Counted from the first letter of the stretch, positions 12,103 to 22,508 are shown. The stretch: DNA of 64,000 nucleotides from Escherichia coli (GCF_045037415.1 NZ_CP173438.1), one strand, 5' to 3'. The notes: generated by a model not told the origin, from the sequence alone. Translations and numbers: made by a program.

Positions 12103-12485
12103 ACGAGGACTCCTGCGAGAAGTGAAAGCACGACAGTAATAACAAAGGAGATTTTGGCGGAGCGTTTACCCGCTTCGAATGTTTCTTCCAGATAGCCAAA
12201 ATCCATCATCATGTGGCGAATACCTACGACGACGTGATATGCCAGAGCGGTAAGGATGCCCCACATGATAAATTTGACGAAGAAGCTGCCCATAATCGCG
12301 GAAGCTTGCTCGAAACCTTCAGGGGAAGAGAGGCTGGTACCCAGAAGCCACAGCAGGATGCCCACTGCAACAAAGGTGATCACACCGGAAACGCGATGGA
12401 GAATGGACGCTATCGCCGTGACGGGGAACCGGATGGTCTGTAGGTCCAGATTAACAGGTCTTTGTTTTTTCACATTTCTTATCAT
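12096..12485 (-). CDS. sdhC: succinate dehydrogenase cytochrome b556 subunit
   Basis: ORF-track frame 12096..12500; start placed at [15 protein letters not shown]. Confidence 0.9.
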
Positions 12486-12500
12486 GAATAACGCCCACAT

Positions 12501-13193
12501 GCTGTTCTTATTATTCCCTGGGGACTACGGGCACAGAGGTTAACTTTCTGTTACCAGGAGACGTCGGGATTTCCTTCCTCCGGTCTGCTTGCGGGTCAGA
12601 CAGCGTCCTTTCTATAACTGCGCGTCATGCAAAACACTGCTTCCAGATGCGAAAACGACACGTTACAACGCTGGGTGGCTCGGGATTGCAGGGTGTTCCG
12701 GAGACCTGGCGGCAGTATAGGCTGTTCACAAAATCATTACAATTAACCTACATATAGTTTGTCGGGTTTTATCCCGAACAGTGATCTGCGTCACGATAAC
12801 AACATTTATTTAATTTTTAATCATCTAATTTGACAATCATTCAACAAAGTTGTTACAAACATTACTAGGAAAAGCATATAATGCGTAAAAGTTATGAAGT
12901 CGGTATTTCACCTAAGATTAACTTATGTAACAGTGTGGAAGTATTGACCAATTCATTCGGGACAGTTATTAGTGGTAGACAAGTTTAATAATTCGGATTG
13001 CTAAGTACTTGATTCGCCATTTATTCGTCATCAATAGATCCTTTACCTGCAAGCGCCCAGAGCTCTGTACCCAGGTTTTCCCCTCTTTCACAGAGCGGCG
13101 AGCCAAATAACAAACGGGTAAAGCCAGGTTGATGTGCGAAGGCAAATTTAAGTTCCGGCAGTCTTACGCAATAAGGCGCTAAGGAGACCTTAA
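12501..13193. promoter_or_regulatory. Divergent sdhC / gltA promoter-regulatory region
   Basis: About 690-bp AT-rich non-coding spacer between divergent sdhC and gltA; individual binding sites not mapped here. Confidence 0.7.
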
Positions 13194-14477
13194 ATGGCTG
13201 ATACAAAAGCAAAACTCACCCTCAACGGGGACACAGCTGTTGAACTGGATGTGCTGAAAGGCACGCTGGGTCAAGATGTTATTGATATCCGTACTCTCGG
13301 TTCAAAAGGTGTGTTCACCTTTGACCCAGGCTTCACTTCAACCGCATCCTGCGAATCTAAAATTACTTTTATTGATGGTGATGAAGGTATTTTGCTGCAC
13401 CGCGGTTTCCCGATCGATCAGCTGGCGACCGATTCTAACTACCTGGAAGTTTGTTACATCCTGCTGAATGGTGAAAAACCGACTCAGGAACAGTATGACG
13501 AATTTAAAACTACGGTGACCCGTCATACCATGATCCACGAGCAGATTACCCGTCTGTTCCATGCTTTCCGTCGCGACTCGCATCCAATGGCAGTCATGTG
13601 TGGTATTACCGGCGCGCTGGCAGCGTTCTATCACGACTCGCTGGATGTTAACAATCCTCGTCATCGTGAAATTGCCGCGTTCCGCCTGCTGTCAAAAATG
13701 CCGACCATGGCCGCGATGTGTTACAAGTATTCCATTGGTCAGCCATTTGTTTACCCGCGCAACGATCTCTCCTACGCCGGTAACTTCCTGAATATGATGT
13801 TCTCCACACCGTGCGAACCGTATGAAGTTAATCCGATTCTGGAACGTGCTATGGACCGTATTCTGATCCTGCACGCTGACCATGAACAGAACGCCTCCAC
13901 CTCCACCGTGCGTACCGCTGGCTCTTCGGGTGCGAACCCGTTTGCCTGTATCGCAGCAGGTATTGCTTCACTGTGGGGACCTGCGCACGGTGGTGCTAAC
14001 GAAGCGGCGCTGAAAATGCTGGAAGAAATCAGCTCCGTTAAACACATTCCGGAATTTGTTCGTCGTGCGAAAGACAAAAATGATTCTTTCCGCCTGATGG
14101 GCTTCGGTCATCGCGTGTACAAAAACTACGACCCGCGCGCCACCGTAATGCGTGAAACCTGCCATGAAGTGCTGAAAGAGCTGGGCACCAAAGATGACCT
14201 GCTGGAAGTGGCTATGGAGCTGGAAAACATCGCGCTGAACGACCCGTACTTTATCGAGAAAAAACTGTACCCGAACGTCGATTTCTACTCTGGTATCATC
14301 CTGAAAGCGATGGGTATTCCGTCTTCTATGTTCACCGTGATCTTCGCTATGGCACGTACGGTTGGCTGGATCGCCCACTGGAGCGAAATGCACAGTGACG
14401 GTATGAAGATTGCCCGTCCGCGTCAGCTGTATACCGGCTACGCGCAGCGTGATTTTAAGTCGGATATTAAGAAGTAA
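13194..14477 (+). CDS. gltA: citrate synthase
   Basis: 427 aa; [22 protein letters not shown]-terminus; GFGHRVY active-site motif. Confidence 0.97.
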   Translation: MADTKAKLTLNGDTAVELDVLKGTLGQDVIDIRTLGSKGVFTFDPGFTSTASCESKITFIDGDEGILLHRGFPIDQLATDSNYLEVCYILLNGEKPTQEQYDEFKTTVTRHTMIHEQITRLFHAFRRDSHPMAVMCGITGALAAFYHDSLDVNNPRHREIAAFRLLSKMPTMAAMCYKYSIGQPFVYPRNDLSYAGNFLNMMFSTPCEPYEVNPILERAMDRILILHADHEQNASTSTVRTAGSSGANPFACIAAGIASLWGPAHGGANEAALKMLEEISSVKHIPEFVRRAKDKNDSFRLMGFGHRVYKNYDPRATVMRETCHEVLKELGTKDDLLEVAMELENIALNDPYFIEKKLYPNVDFYSGIILKAMGIPSSMFTVIFAMARTVGWIAHWSEMHSDGMKIARPRQLYTGYAQRDFKSDIKK

Positions 14478-14492
14478 AAATGACACCGACAA

Positions 14493-14521
14493 AACCCTGC
14501 GTGGACACGCAGGGTTTTTAA
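14493..14521. terminator. Bidirectional intrinsic terminator between gltA and the TRAP operon
   Basis: aaaa-ccctgcgtg-gac-acgcaggg-tttttt: perfect hairpin flanked by A-run and T-run. Confidence 0.75.
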
Positions 14522-14523
14522 TT

Positions 14524-15834
14524 CTACACCAGCAGCAAAGATATTGCCGGAATATAGGTAATGACCAACAGAAGTAAAATAAGACTGATCAGTAATGGCA
14601 CCGCTTCACGCATAAATTGCCCGACAGAAACCTGTACGGTATTACATACCAGCAGCATCACCGTTCCGACAGGTGGTGATAACGTTCCTAACGATAAGTT
14701 GAGGATCATAATGATGCCAAAATGCACCGGATCAATGCCAAAATGAGCCACCACGGGTTTAAGTAATGGGACTAATATCAGCAGAATGGCACTACCTTCA
14801 AGGAACATGCCAAGCACCAGCAGCAATAGATTGATAATCAATAAAAAGACGTATTTATTATCGGTCAGAGAAGTTACAAACTCCGCAACCGTGATACCTG
14901 CCCGCTCAAGGGAAAATATCCAGCCCAGCGCGGCACTCGCCATAATGATTAACATGACCGATGCCGTGGAACGCGCCGTCTCAGAGAGTGCTGTAAATAC
15001 ATGGCTGATTTTCAGTTCGCGATAAATTACAAAACCAATAAACATTACCAATAATACTGCTACCGCTCCGGCTTCCGTTGGCGTAAAGATATTTGCCCGA
15101 ATACCACCGATAACCGCAACAATTAAGAACAGTGCTGGCCAGGCCTGCACCAGCGCCACTGACACTTCTTTCGGTTTTGGCCAGTGTTCGCTGGAAGGTT
15201 TTAAACCGCGACGAATAGCCACCAACCATACGGTAACGATCAACATGGCGGAGCACAGCAGACCTGGCAGGATCCCGGCCATAAACATGGAGCCGATGGA
15301 GACATCCGCCACCAGTCCGTAAAGGATCAGTGCAATACCCGGTGGAATAATTGGTGTAATCAGCGAACCACTTGCCGTTATCGCCGCCGCAAAGCCACGG
15401 GAATAACCTTTCTGTTCCATTTCCGGCACCATCATGCGCGATAACATTGCGGCATCCGCCAGATTTGAGGCACTGACACCGCCCATCATGGTACTGACCA
15501 GAATATTAGCCCCACCCAGGCCACCGCGCATTCTGCCAATCAACACGTTGGCAATTTGCAAAATACGCGCGGCAATACCGGTATAGCTCATTAACGTGCC
15601 TAATAAGATAAAAAACGGAATAGCTAACAGCGAAGGGGTTTGCGTCGTGGCAATCAAACGCTGAATTGCCACCATTAACGGCACATTTGAATAGCAAAGG
15701 AAGTAGGTCAGAATGCCGCAAAACATCGCCAGCCATACCGGCATATTGATAAATAAACAGACGAACATAAGCGGAATGATCATCAGCCAGTTATCCAGCC
15801 AGCTTCCCGCCAGTAATTCACTCAATGCTGTCAT
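14524..15834 (-). CDS. TRAP transporter large permease subunit (DctM family)
   Basis: 436 aa polytopic membrane protein; stop/start overlap with the upstream small permease. Confidence 0.85.
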   Translation of the reverse strand: MTALSELLAGSWLDNWLMIIPLMFVCLFINMPVWLAMFCGILTYFLCYSNVPLMVAIQRLIATTQTPSLLAIPFFILLGTLMSYTGIAARILQIANVLIGRMRGGLGGANILVSTMMGGVSASNLADAAMLSRMMVPEMEQKGYSRGFAAAITASGSLITPIIPPGIALILYGLVADVSIGSMFMAGILPGLLCSAMLIVTVWLVAIRRGLKPSSEHWPKPKEVSVALVQAWPALFLIVAVIGGIRANIFTPTEAGAVAVLLVMFIGFVIYRELKISHVFTALSETARSTASVMLIIMASAALGWIFSLERAGITVAEFVTSLTDNKYVFLLIINLLLLVLGMFLEGSAILLILVPLLKPVVAHFGIDPVHFGIIMILNLSLGTLSPPVGTVMLLVCNTVQVSVGQFMREAVPLLISLILLLLVITYIPAISLLLV

Positions 15835-16295
15835 TATTCACCTTCTTTGCGTGGCGTTTTCTTGATCAGTTGTAAGGCAGTAAAACAGGCGACACCGATA
15901 GCGCCAACCGTGACGGCAATATCGATCCAAAACCAGGATATTTTTAATATTTGCGTGGTTTTAAAGGCTGTCCCGGCAGCTAATTTCCATGCTGACCAGG
16001 CCATGACCACCAGCAAAATAATAGACATCAGAGAGACTAAAAACGCTAATATACGTTGCCCGCGTGAAGTAAGTGCATCGGCTAAAAATGGAATCGATAA
16101 ATGGGTATTATCTCGTTCAGCAACAACCGCACCAAACATGACTACCCAAATCATTAATAAACCGGAAACCTCTTCTGTCCACTGTAATGGCATATGAAAA
16201 CAGTAACGCATTATTACCGCAGCAATGGTCATGATTACCAATATAAAGAGCGTTAATACCGCAGCAACTTCAATCATTTTCCCTAAAAGACGCAT
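15834..16295 (-). CDS. TRAP transporter small permease subunit (DctQ family)
   Basis: ORF-track frame 15834..16331; start placed at ATG 16295 (MRLLGKMIEVAAVL, GAGG Shine-Dalgarno); alternative upstream start at 16331. Confidence 0.7.
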   Translation of the reverse strand: MRLLGKMIEVAAVLTLFILVIMTIAAVIMRYCFHMPLQWTEEVSGLLMIWVVMFGAVVAERDNTHLSIPFLADALTSRGQRILAFLVSLMSIILLVVMAWSAWKLAAGTAFKTTQILKISWFWIDIAVTVGAIGVACFTALQLIKKTPRKEGE

Positions 16296-16354
16296 AAACA
16301 CCTCTGCTCTTAACGGTCGGTGCCGAAACACCGACCAGTCCTTATGCCATGAAG

Positions 16355-17323
16355 TTATTTCAGCTGTTGCTGAATAGTGTCATACAAACCAGGGGTCCAT
16401 TCCGGGAATTGTTGATAGACTTTTAAGGCTTTTTCTTTGAAAGGGGCGACGTCAGGATAGATGATTTCCACGCCCTGCTCCTGCATGGTTTTCAACATTG
16501 TCGCATCCTGCTCAGTGGTAATTTTCTGGCTATATAAACCAGCTTCATACGCTGTCTGGTGAATAATATCTAACTGCGCAGGTGTCAGGGTACTGAAAAA
16601 CGCTTCGCCACCCAACCATAATGATGTATTGGTCAGATAGTTCACCATTGACAGATATTTCGCCTGCTCATGCAGCTTTTGCCCATAGAGAACAGAAACC
16701 GGGTTTTCCACACCATCGATCATCCCCTGAGTCAGCGCCGGATAAACATCTCCCAGCGGCATTGGTGTTGGGGTTGCGCCCATCGCTTCGATAGCTTTAA
16801 TCTGCATGACGTTATTCGGCACGCGGATCTTCATCCCTTTCAAGTCTTCAGGTGTACGAATCGGTTTTTTAGCAATGATCTGCCTGGTACCGTACAGATA
16901 GTTGCTCATGACAATATGCACACCTTTTTCCCGTAGTTTCTGTTCTTTTTGTTTAAACCAGTCACTGGCATAAATCGCAAACAGTTTCTGCGGATCTTCG
17001 GTTAAATAAGGCCCAAACAATATTCCCAAGTCTGCATCGTAGTCAGTTAAAAATCCTACATCACTGATGGTGATAATATTCATCCCCATCAACGCTTGTT
17101 CAGTAATATCTTGTTTAGAACCTAACTGTGAACTTGGGTAAAGTTCGAAAACAATATCTCCATTGCTTTTTTTCTTCACAAGTTCTGCCCAGTGCTTCAC
17201 TACTGTATCCGCTGGCTCGCCGGGGTTACTTTCATAGGCGATTTTGATAGTTACCGGTGCGGCATTCAGCATCGGACTAAATAAAGCTAAAAGAAATAAA
17301 AGTGGTGTCAGTAATTTTTTCAT
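16355..17323 (-). CDS. TRAP transporter substrate-binding protein (DctP family)
   Basis: 322 aa; signal peptide MKKLLTPLLFLLALFSPMLNAAPV; periplasmic binding-protein fold. Confidence 0.85.
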   Translation of the reverse strand: MKKLLTPLLFLLALFSPMLNAAPVTIKIAYESNPGEPADTVVKHWAELVKKKSNGDIVFELYPSSQLGSKQDITEQALMGMNIITISDVGFLTDYDADLGILFGPYLTEDPQKLFAIYASDWFKQKEQKLREKGVHIVMSNYLYGTRQIIAKKPIRTPEDLKGMKIRVPNNVMQIKAIEAMGATPTPMPLGDVYPALTQGMIDGVENPVSVLYGQKLHEQAKYLSMVNYLTNTSLWLGGEAFFSTLTPAQLDIIHQTAYEAGLYSQKITTEQDATMLKTMQEQGVEIIYPDVAPFKEKALKVYQQFPEWTPGLYDTIQQQLK

Positions 17324-17350
17324 TATTATTACCTGTAAGAGCTTTATCGA

Positions 17351-18547
17351 TTAACGGGGATCTGCCCGACAGACTGCACTTTTGCTGTAATCAAATGCTT
17401 TATACGTTAAAACAAACTCCTGATGTTCCAGTCGTTCTGCGGCACAATATTGACCGTTGGCGACATGTTCAATCACCTGCATAATATCGTCTGCAATATC
17501 GTCGAGCGTTGCGCCTTCGCTAATTACACGACCGGCATTAACGTCCATATCGTCAGATAAATGCTCCCACGTCTGCGGGTTATTACACACTTTAATAATA
17601 GGAGCGATCACTGAACCAATAACTGAACCGCGACCTGTGGTAAATAACACCATATGACAGCCAGAGGCGATAAGTTCCAGTGCTTCTGAGGAATCGTTAA
17701 TATTCGGATACCCAAAACGAGGTTCACCATCAGGCACCACGTCCATCAACCAAAGCCCAGGAAAGGGCGTTTGTTGCGTCGGCAAAATAACGCCAGCAAT
17801 CAGCGCATCGCCCGACTTGGTATAAGCCCCAAGGGATTTTTCTTCCTGAGTGGTTAAGCCGCCTTCAGCATTACCGTTAGAAAAACTCCCCAGCCCCATC
17901 AAACTGTAATAACGTTCGGCTTTTGTCATTGCCACTTCGATGGCATCACGTGCCTGCGAACTAGCCGCGCGCGACATCATATGCTGCTCACAACCAAGCA
18001 ACTCACCGCTTTCTTCAAAAATACAGGTAGCCCCTTTCTCCAGCAGTTGGTCAAAGGCACGTCCTACTGCCGGGTTACCCGTGATACCACTGGTGCCATC
18101 GGAGCCACCGCAGATAGTACCAACCACCAGGTCGCTCCAGTTCAGGATACAACGCGGTGTATCCGCAAGCTGTTCCAGCATTTCAGCGACCAACTGCTTA
18201 CCCAGAGTAATGGTGTTGGTCGTGCCTTTATTTTCCTGAATGACCAGCGTATGGCACGGTCGCCCACTTTCTCGTACTTCTTGCTCCAGCCGACGGCGAT
18301 CGAAATTCTCGCACCCCAGCGAAATAATCAGTACACCACCTACGTTGCTATGAGTCGCCAGATTTTTCACCAGCCGATAGCCATAATCGCTGGGATAACA
18401 ACCTGAAAAACCAAAATACTGCACGTCGTGACAAGGAAATCCTTCGGCAATCTTTTTAGCGACATGGCTGGCACACTCCACCATAAAGATTACCTGCACA
18501 GTATTACGAATACCTGGTCGACCATTTTGCCGTACATAACCTTCCAT
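17351..18547 (-). CDS. UxaA-family sugar-acid dehydratase, large subunit
   Basis: 398 aa resembling the C-terminal domain of altronate/galactarate dehydratases; 1-nt stop/start overlap with the SAF-domain partner. Confidence 0.8.
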   Translation of the reverse strand: MEGYVRQNGRPGIRNTVQVIFMVECASHVAKKIAEGFPCHDVQYFGFSGCYPSDYGYRLVKNLATHSNVGGVLIISLGCENFDRRRLEQEVRESGRPCHTLVIQENKGTTNTITLGKQLVAEMLEQLADTPRCILNWSDLVVGTICGGSDGTSGITGNPAVGRAFDQLLEKGATCIFEESGELLGCEQHMMSRAASSQARDAIEVAMTKAERYYSLMGLGSFSNGNAEGGLTTQEEKSLGAYTKSGDALIAGVILPTQQTPFPGLWLMDVVPDGEPRFGYPNINDSSEALELIASGCHMVLFTTGRGSVIGSVIAPIIKVCNNPQTWEHLSDDMDVNAGRVISEGATLDDIADDIMQVIEHVANGQYCAAERLEHQEFVLTYKAFDYSKSAVCRADPR

Positions 18548-18855
18548 TATGCTTTTTCCTCTGACTGATAGCCGGCATCATCATGATGAAAAATGGCGAT
18601 GGCATTGCTGGCAAGATTATGGGAATGCACATGTTCACCCATGGCAATATCGCGAGTGGCGTGTCCGATAATGGCGCCGTATTTCAGAATCGAATCACCA
18701 TTGTTCAGCGCTTCGCAGGCCAGTTTGTGCCCCAGGGTAACGGAACTACAGGCCACCATTTCCCCCTCATCCCACCAGACAATATCGCCACTGGCGATGT
18801 CATTCAGCGCGACTACACAGTTATCTTTGGCATGTAGCTTTAACGCACGTTTGCG
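18547..18855 (-). CDS. UxaA-family dehydratase small subunit (SAF domain)
   Basis: ORF-track frame extends to 18963 and would overlap the SDR gene; start placed at internal Met (MRKRALKLHAKDNCVVAL). Confidence 0.65.
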   Translation of the reverse strand, partial: RKRALKLHAKDNCVVALNDIASGDIVWWDEGEMVACSSVTLGHKLACEALNNGDSILKYGAIIGHATRDIAMGEHVHSHNLASNAIAIFHHDDAGYQSEEKA

Positions 18856-18872
18856 CATAATTCCTCCGTACA

Positions 18873-19628
18873 TCAGAAGCCGATCAATGCGCCGCCATCC
18901 ACCACCAGCACCTGACCACTGACAAACGCCGCTGCGTCTGAAGCCAGATAAACCGCAGCCCAACCGATATCCTCCGGCTTGCCGAATTTTTTCATCGGGG
19001 TACGACCCAGGATTTTGTTACGGCGTTCGTCATCACCTTCAATGGCCTTACGCAACATTGGTGTATCGATCCAGCCTGGCGCAATACCATTGACGCGAAT
19101 CCCATGAACGGCAAGCTCCGTGGTCATACCGCGAATCATGCCGAGATAGGCTGACTTCGCTGCGCTGTAGCCAGTAACCAGAGGCTGCCCAAGAAATGAG
19201 GTCATCGATGCAGTAAAAAGCACACAGCCTTTACCGCGTTGTTTCATATGCGGCACCAGCGCTTTGGTTAACGCAAATGCGCCGACTACGTGAACGTCGA
19301 GTACTGACTCAAAATCACTGACGCTCATCTCTTCAATCGGTTTTTTGCAGTGATTGCCTGCGTTATTGACCAGGATATCGATAGCCCCGTGTTCGCTAAT
19401 AAGCACATCAACTTTTTCCTGCGCGGCTGCGGTATCCCCGACATCCATTTGTATCCAACTGGCCTGCGACCCCAATGTTCCGGCGGTCGCTTGCGCCAGC
19501 TCGCCGTTCAGGTCAGCAATAATGACCTTCGCCCCGCTGACTATCATGCATTTCGCCATTGCCAGCCCCAGCCCACTGGCTGCACCGGTGATCAACGCGG
19601 TTTTGTTATGTAAAGAAAAAGCATTCAT
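18873..19628 (-). CDS. SDR-family NAD(P)-dependent oxidoreductase
   Basis: 251 aa; TGAASGLGLA Rossmann motif, YSAAK catalytic motif. Confidence 0.85.
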   Translation of the reverse strand: MNAFSLHNKTALITGAASGLGLAMAKCMIVSGAKVIIADLNGELAQATAGTLGSQASWIQMDVGDTAAAQEKVDVLISEHGAIDILVNNAGNHCKKPIEEMSVSDFESVLDVHVVGAFALTKALVPHMKQRGKGCVLFTASMTSFLGQPLVTGYSAAKSAYLGMIRGMTTELAVHGIRVNGIAPGWIDTPMLRKAIEGDDERRNKILGRTPMKKFGKPEDIGWAAVYLASDAAAFVSGQVLVVDGGALIGF

Positions 19629-19639
19629 GGTGTCGCTCC

Positions 19640-20653
19640 TTAAAGGTCAATGAGGATTTTGGTATACGCGCCGGGATCACTTGCCCAGTCGCTAAAAGCG
19701 TGATCAGCCTGTTCCAGCGGGTAGTGAGCACTCACCAGATTGCTGACCGGATAACGCCCGGACTCCATCAATGCCAGCACGGCACGAAAATCCGCCACGG
19801 TGGCATTGCGCGAACCACGGATATCCAGTTCTTTCATCAGGAACTGCGCACTCTGATAACTCACTGGCTGTTTGGCGTAACCGACATAAACCACACGACC
19901 GCTAAACGCCACCAACCCTGTAGCCTGTTCAATGGTTTGTTGATTACCCACCGCTTCAATCACCACTTCCGGGCCGCGACCGTCATTTAACAGCACCAGT
20001 TCTGCCGCCACGTCACATTGCTGCGAATTAAGAAAACGTTGCGCACCGCATTCCAGGGCAATGTTCCGCTTGCGATCATCAATATCGATAGCAATTACGC
20101 GCGCCCCCATGGCGGATGCCGCGGCGATAGCGCCAAGGCCAATTACCCCACAACCGATAACTGCGACCCATTCACCCACATTAATTTGCGCACGTCTGGC
20201 CGCATGTAGTCCCACGGCCAGCGGTTCTACCAGCGCTAACTCATCAACACTTAAGGCATTACAGACAATGACTTTATGTGCAGGCATCGTCAGTTGTTGC
20301 GCCATCCCCCCCTGACGTTGCACACCAAGAGTTTGGTTGTTTTTACAGGCGTTAGGACGACCGCTCAGACAGGAGCTGCACACGCCACACTCAGTGCAAG
20401 GCAGAACGACCACCCGGTCACCTGGCTTGATCGCCCCTGCCATATCGCCAGTTGCCAGCACCGTGCCGCCAATTTCATGCCCCGGAATACAGGGATAATT
20501 AACCAGCGGATTTAGTCCCCGCCAGGTATTGAGGTCAGAACCACACAGTCCGACACGCTCAACATTGATTAGCACTTCTCCTTTACCGCAGACAGGTTCG
20601 GGGATATCAACAAATCGCGCCTGACTTCCCTGCTCAATGGTTAATGCCTTCAT
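19640..20653 (-). CDS. Zn-dependent medium-chain alcohol/polyol dehydrogenase
   Basis: 337 aa; catalytic zinc motif (GHEIGG), structural-zinc Cys cluster (CTECGVCSSC), GCGVIGLG NAD motif. Confidence 0.85.
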   Translation of the reverse strand: MKALTIEQGSQARFVDIPEPVCGKGEVLINVERVGLCGSDLNTWRGLNPLVNYPCIPGHEIGGTVLATGDMAGAIKPGDRVVVLPCTECGVCSSCLSGRPNACKNNQTLGVQRQGGMAQQLTMPAHKVIVCNALSVDELALVEPLAVGLHAARRAQINVGEWVAVIGCGVIGLGAIAAASAMGARVIAIDIDDRKRNIALECGAQRFLNSQQCDVAAELVLLNDGRGPEVVIEAVGNQQTIEQATGLVAFSGRVVYVGYAKQPVSYQSAQFLMKELDIRGSRNATVADFRAVLALMESGRYPVSNLVSAHYPLEQADHAFSDWASDPGAYTKILIDL

Positions 20654-20665
20654 TCATTGCTCTCC

Positions 20666-21352
20666 TTACATTACGCCGAAGGTTTCAAAGGCCTGTACCG
20701 TGCTCATGCCATCACTGATGGCTTTGCGCACTTCACTTTCAGTTGCCACTTTTTCCAGGGCCTGGGTAATAACTTCTTTCTCAACAACCTGGGGAATAAT
20801 CAGTAATCCGTCACGATCACCAAACACGATATCGCCCGGATTCACTCGCACGCCGTGAAATTCAATAGGTACGCCGAAGTCGATGACCTTGCCGCGCGGA
20901 CCTTGATCCTGTGCGTAAGTGCCATGACAAAAAGTGGGAAATTTCAATTCAAGAATTTCAGCAGAGTCACGGGCGTAACCATCGAGTACCGCACCTGCTG
21001 CTTTCAGATGCATGGCACGGGTAGACATCAACCCGCCCCACAAGGCATAGCGCAGAGAGCTGCCCGTAGTGATGTAAACATCGTTCTCTTTGAGGGCATC
21101 CAGCGCTTCAAACATGATGCCAAACGGTTTTTCGCCAATCGCCGTCTTACCCGACGTCGATTTGGTTTCGTAAACGTCCGACTCCAGCACCGGCATTGCC
21201 CGGCCTGCCACCACCGTATTCACATCCAGCGGCTTGATTGCCGGAGAAACAAACTGGTGCATATAGCCCAGCGTGTCGAGAATATCGCCAACCACGGCGG
21301 TAAATAGCCGGGTTTTCATCAAAGCAAAAAGTTCGTTATCACTCTTCCACAT
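20666..21352 (-). CDS. RraA-family protein (putative 4-hydroxy-2-oxoacid aldolase / oxaloacetate decarboxylase-like)
   Basis: ORF-track frame 20666..21409; start placed at MWKSDNELFALMK; first gene of the catabolic operon. Confidence 0.7.
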   Translation of the reverse strand: MWKSDNELFALMKTRLFTAVVGDILDTLGYMHQFVSPAIKPLDVNTVVAGRAMPVLESDVYETKSTSGKTAIGEKPFGIMFEALDALKENDVYITTGSSLRYALWGGLMSTRAMHLKAAGAVLDGYARDSAEILELKFPTFCHGTYAQDQGPRGKVIDFGVPIEFHGVRVNPGDIVFGDRDGLLIIPQVVEKEVITQALEKVATESEVRKAISDGMSTVQAFETFGVM

Positions 21353-21409
21353 TATTTTCGTCCTGTAAGCCTGTTTAACAGGTTTACAGGGTAAGGAGAA
21401 AAAGCGCAC

Positions 21410-21615
21410 AATACTGCGAAGGGCGTCACGAAAAAGTTGTGTATTTACTATTTCTTCGCCACTCTTTCACACAATATGTCTTTGATTCGCACTGCATGGC
21501 GGGCGCACAGGCGCAGTAGTCTATTGATAATCAAGGGTTCTGGAGGAAAATATGAAGGATACAGTCCCGGTATTCTGGATTTCACCGACCAGGAAAAAGT
21601 ACAACAGGAGTAAAA
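21410..21615. promoter_or_regulatory. Divergent promoter region between the island-A catabolic operon and its GntR regulator
   Basis: 206-bp spacer between divergently oriented genes; contains a 23-codon uORF with a strong Shine-Dalgarno sequence. Confidence 0.45.
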
Positions 21616-22329
21616 ATGAGTGAGAGTGCGTTATTGACCAGCGTAACGTTATCGTCACAGGTCAAAAATCATATTCTTAATCTGATCGCCGAACAAAAAT
21701 TGACACCGGGGATGCCAGTTCCCAGTGAAGTTCAGCTGATTCAGAAATTGGGTGTCAGTCGGGGTATTGTGCGTGAGGCCTATCGTTCACTTGCCGCCCT
21801 GGGGATTCTGGAAACGCACAGCGGTAAAGTGCCACGAATCAAAAAATTTGATGATGAAGTGCTGCGCGTGGTGTTTGGATTTGCCCTGGCGACCGAACAA
21901 GTGACAACAGAGCAAATTCTTCAAGTACGCCGCTGGCTGGAGTTGGGCGTTGTGGAAGCTGCTGCCCGTAATGGCGAAGAGGAAGATTTTGCTAACCTAC
22001 GGGCTGAAATGGCAAAAATCCGCGAACAGTTCAATGATGTTGAAAGCTTTATCACCCATGATATCCGCTTCCATCAGTTACTTGCCGTTGCCTCAAAAAA
22101 TCCGCTTTTTATGATGTTATTGCAGGCATTACATCAGCAGTTGCGGCAATCCATCCAGGAGGGTTTAAACGCCCAAAGCGATCAGAAAGAGTATGGCAAT
22201 CACATCATCACACTACACCAGAAAATCTGCGATGCTGTGTGTGCCAGGGATGTCGAAACGGCGACTCAAGCCATGAAATCACACTTCGACAGCCCGGTCA
22301 GTGCACTGATCAATAATTCCTCGTCATAA
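21616..22329 (+). CDS. GntR/FadR-family transcriptional regulator
   Basis: 237 aa; N-terminal HTH (SEVQLIQKLGVSRGIVREAYRSL) and helical C-terminal effector domain; AGGAG Shine-Dalgarno. Confidence 0.85.
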   Translation: MSESALLTSVTLSSQVKNHILNLIAEQKLTPGMPVPSEVQLIQKLGVSRGIVREAYRSLAALGILETHSGKVPRIKKFDDEVLRVVFGFALATEQVTTEQILQVRRWLELGVVEAAARNGEEEDFANLRAEMAKIREQFNDVESFITHDIRFHQLLAVASKNPLFMMLLQALHQQLRQSIQEGLNAQSDQKEYGNHIITLHQKICDAVCARDVETATQAMKSHFDSPVSALINNSSS

Positions 22330-22508
22330 GACTTATCTCAGTTCAATCGTTTACTCTTCCCTCTTTTACAAACGAGAGGGAGACAACGGTACTTAATACG
22401 CCCTTTAGCCAAAATCTGTCTTTTTCTTGATTACCGCTATTTTTTCGTTGAGGCGCATTCTTTATGCTGTATCGATACACCAAAGGTAAGTTAAACAGGG
22501 AGTGACGG

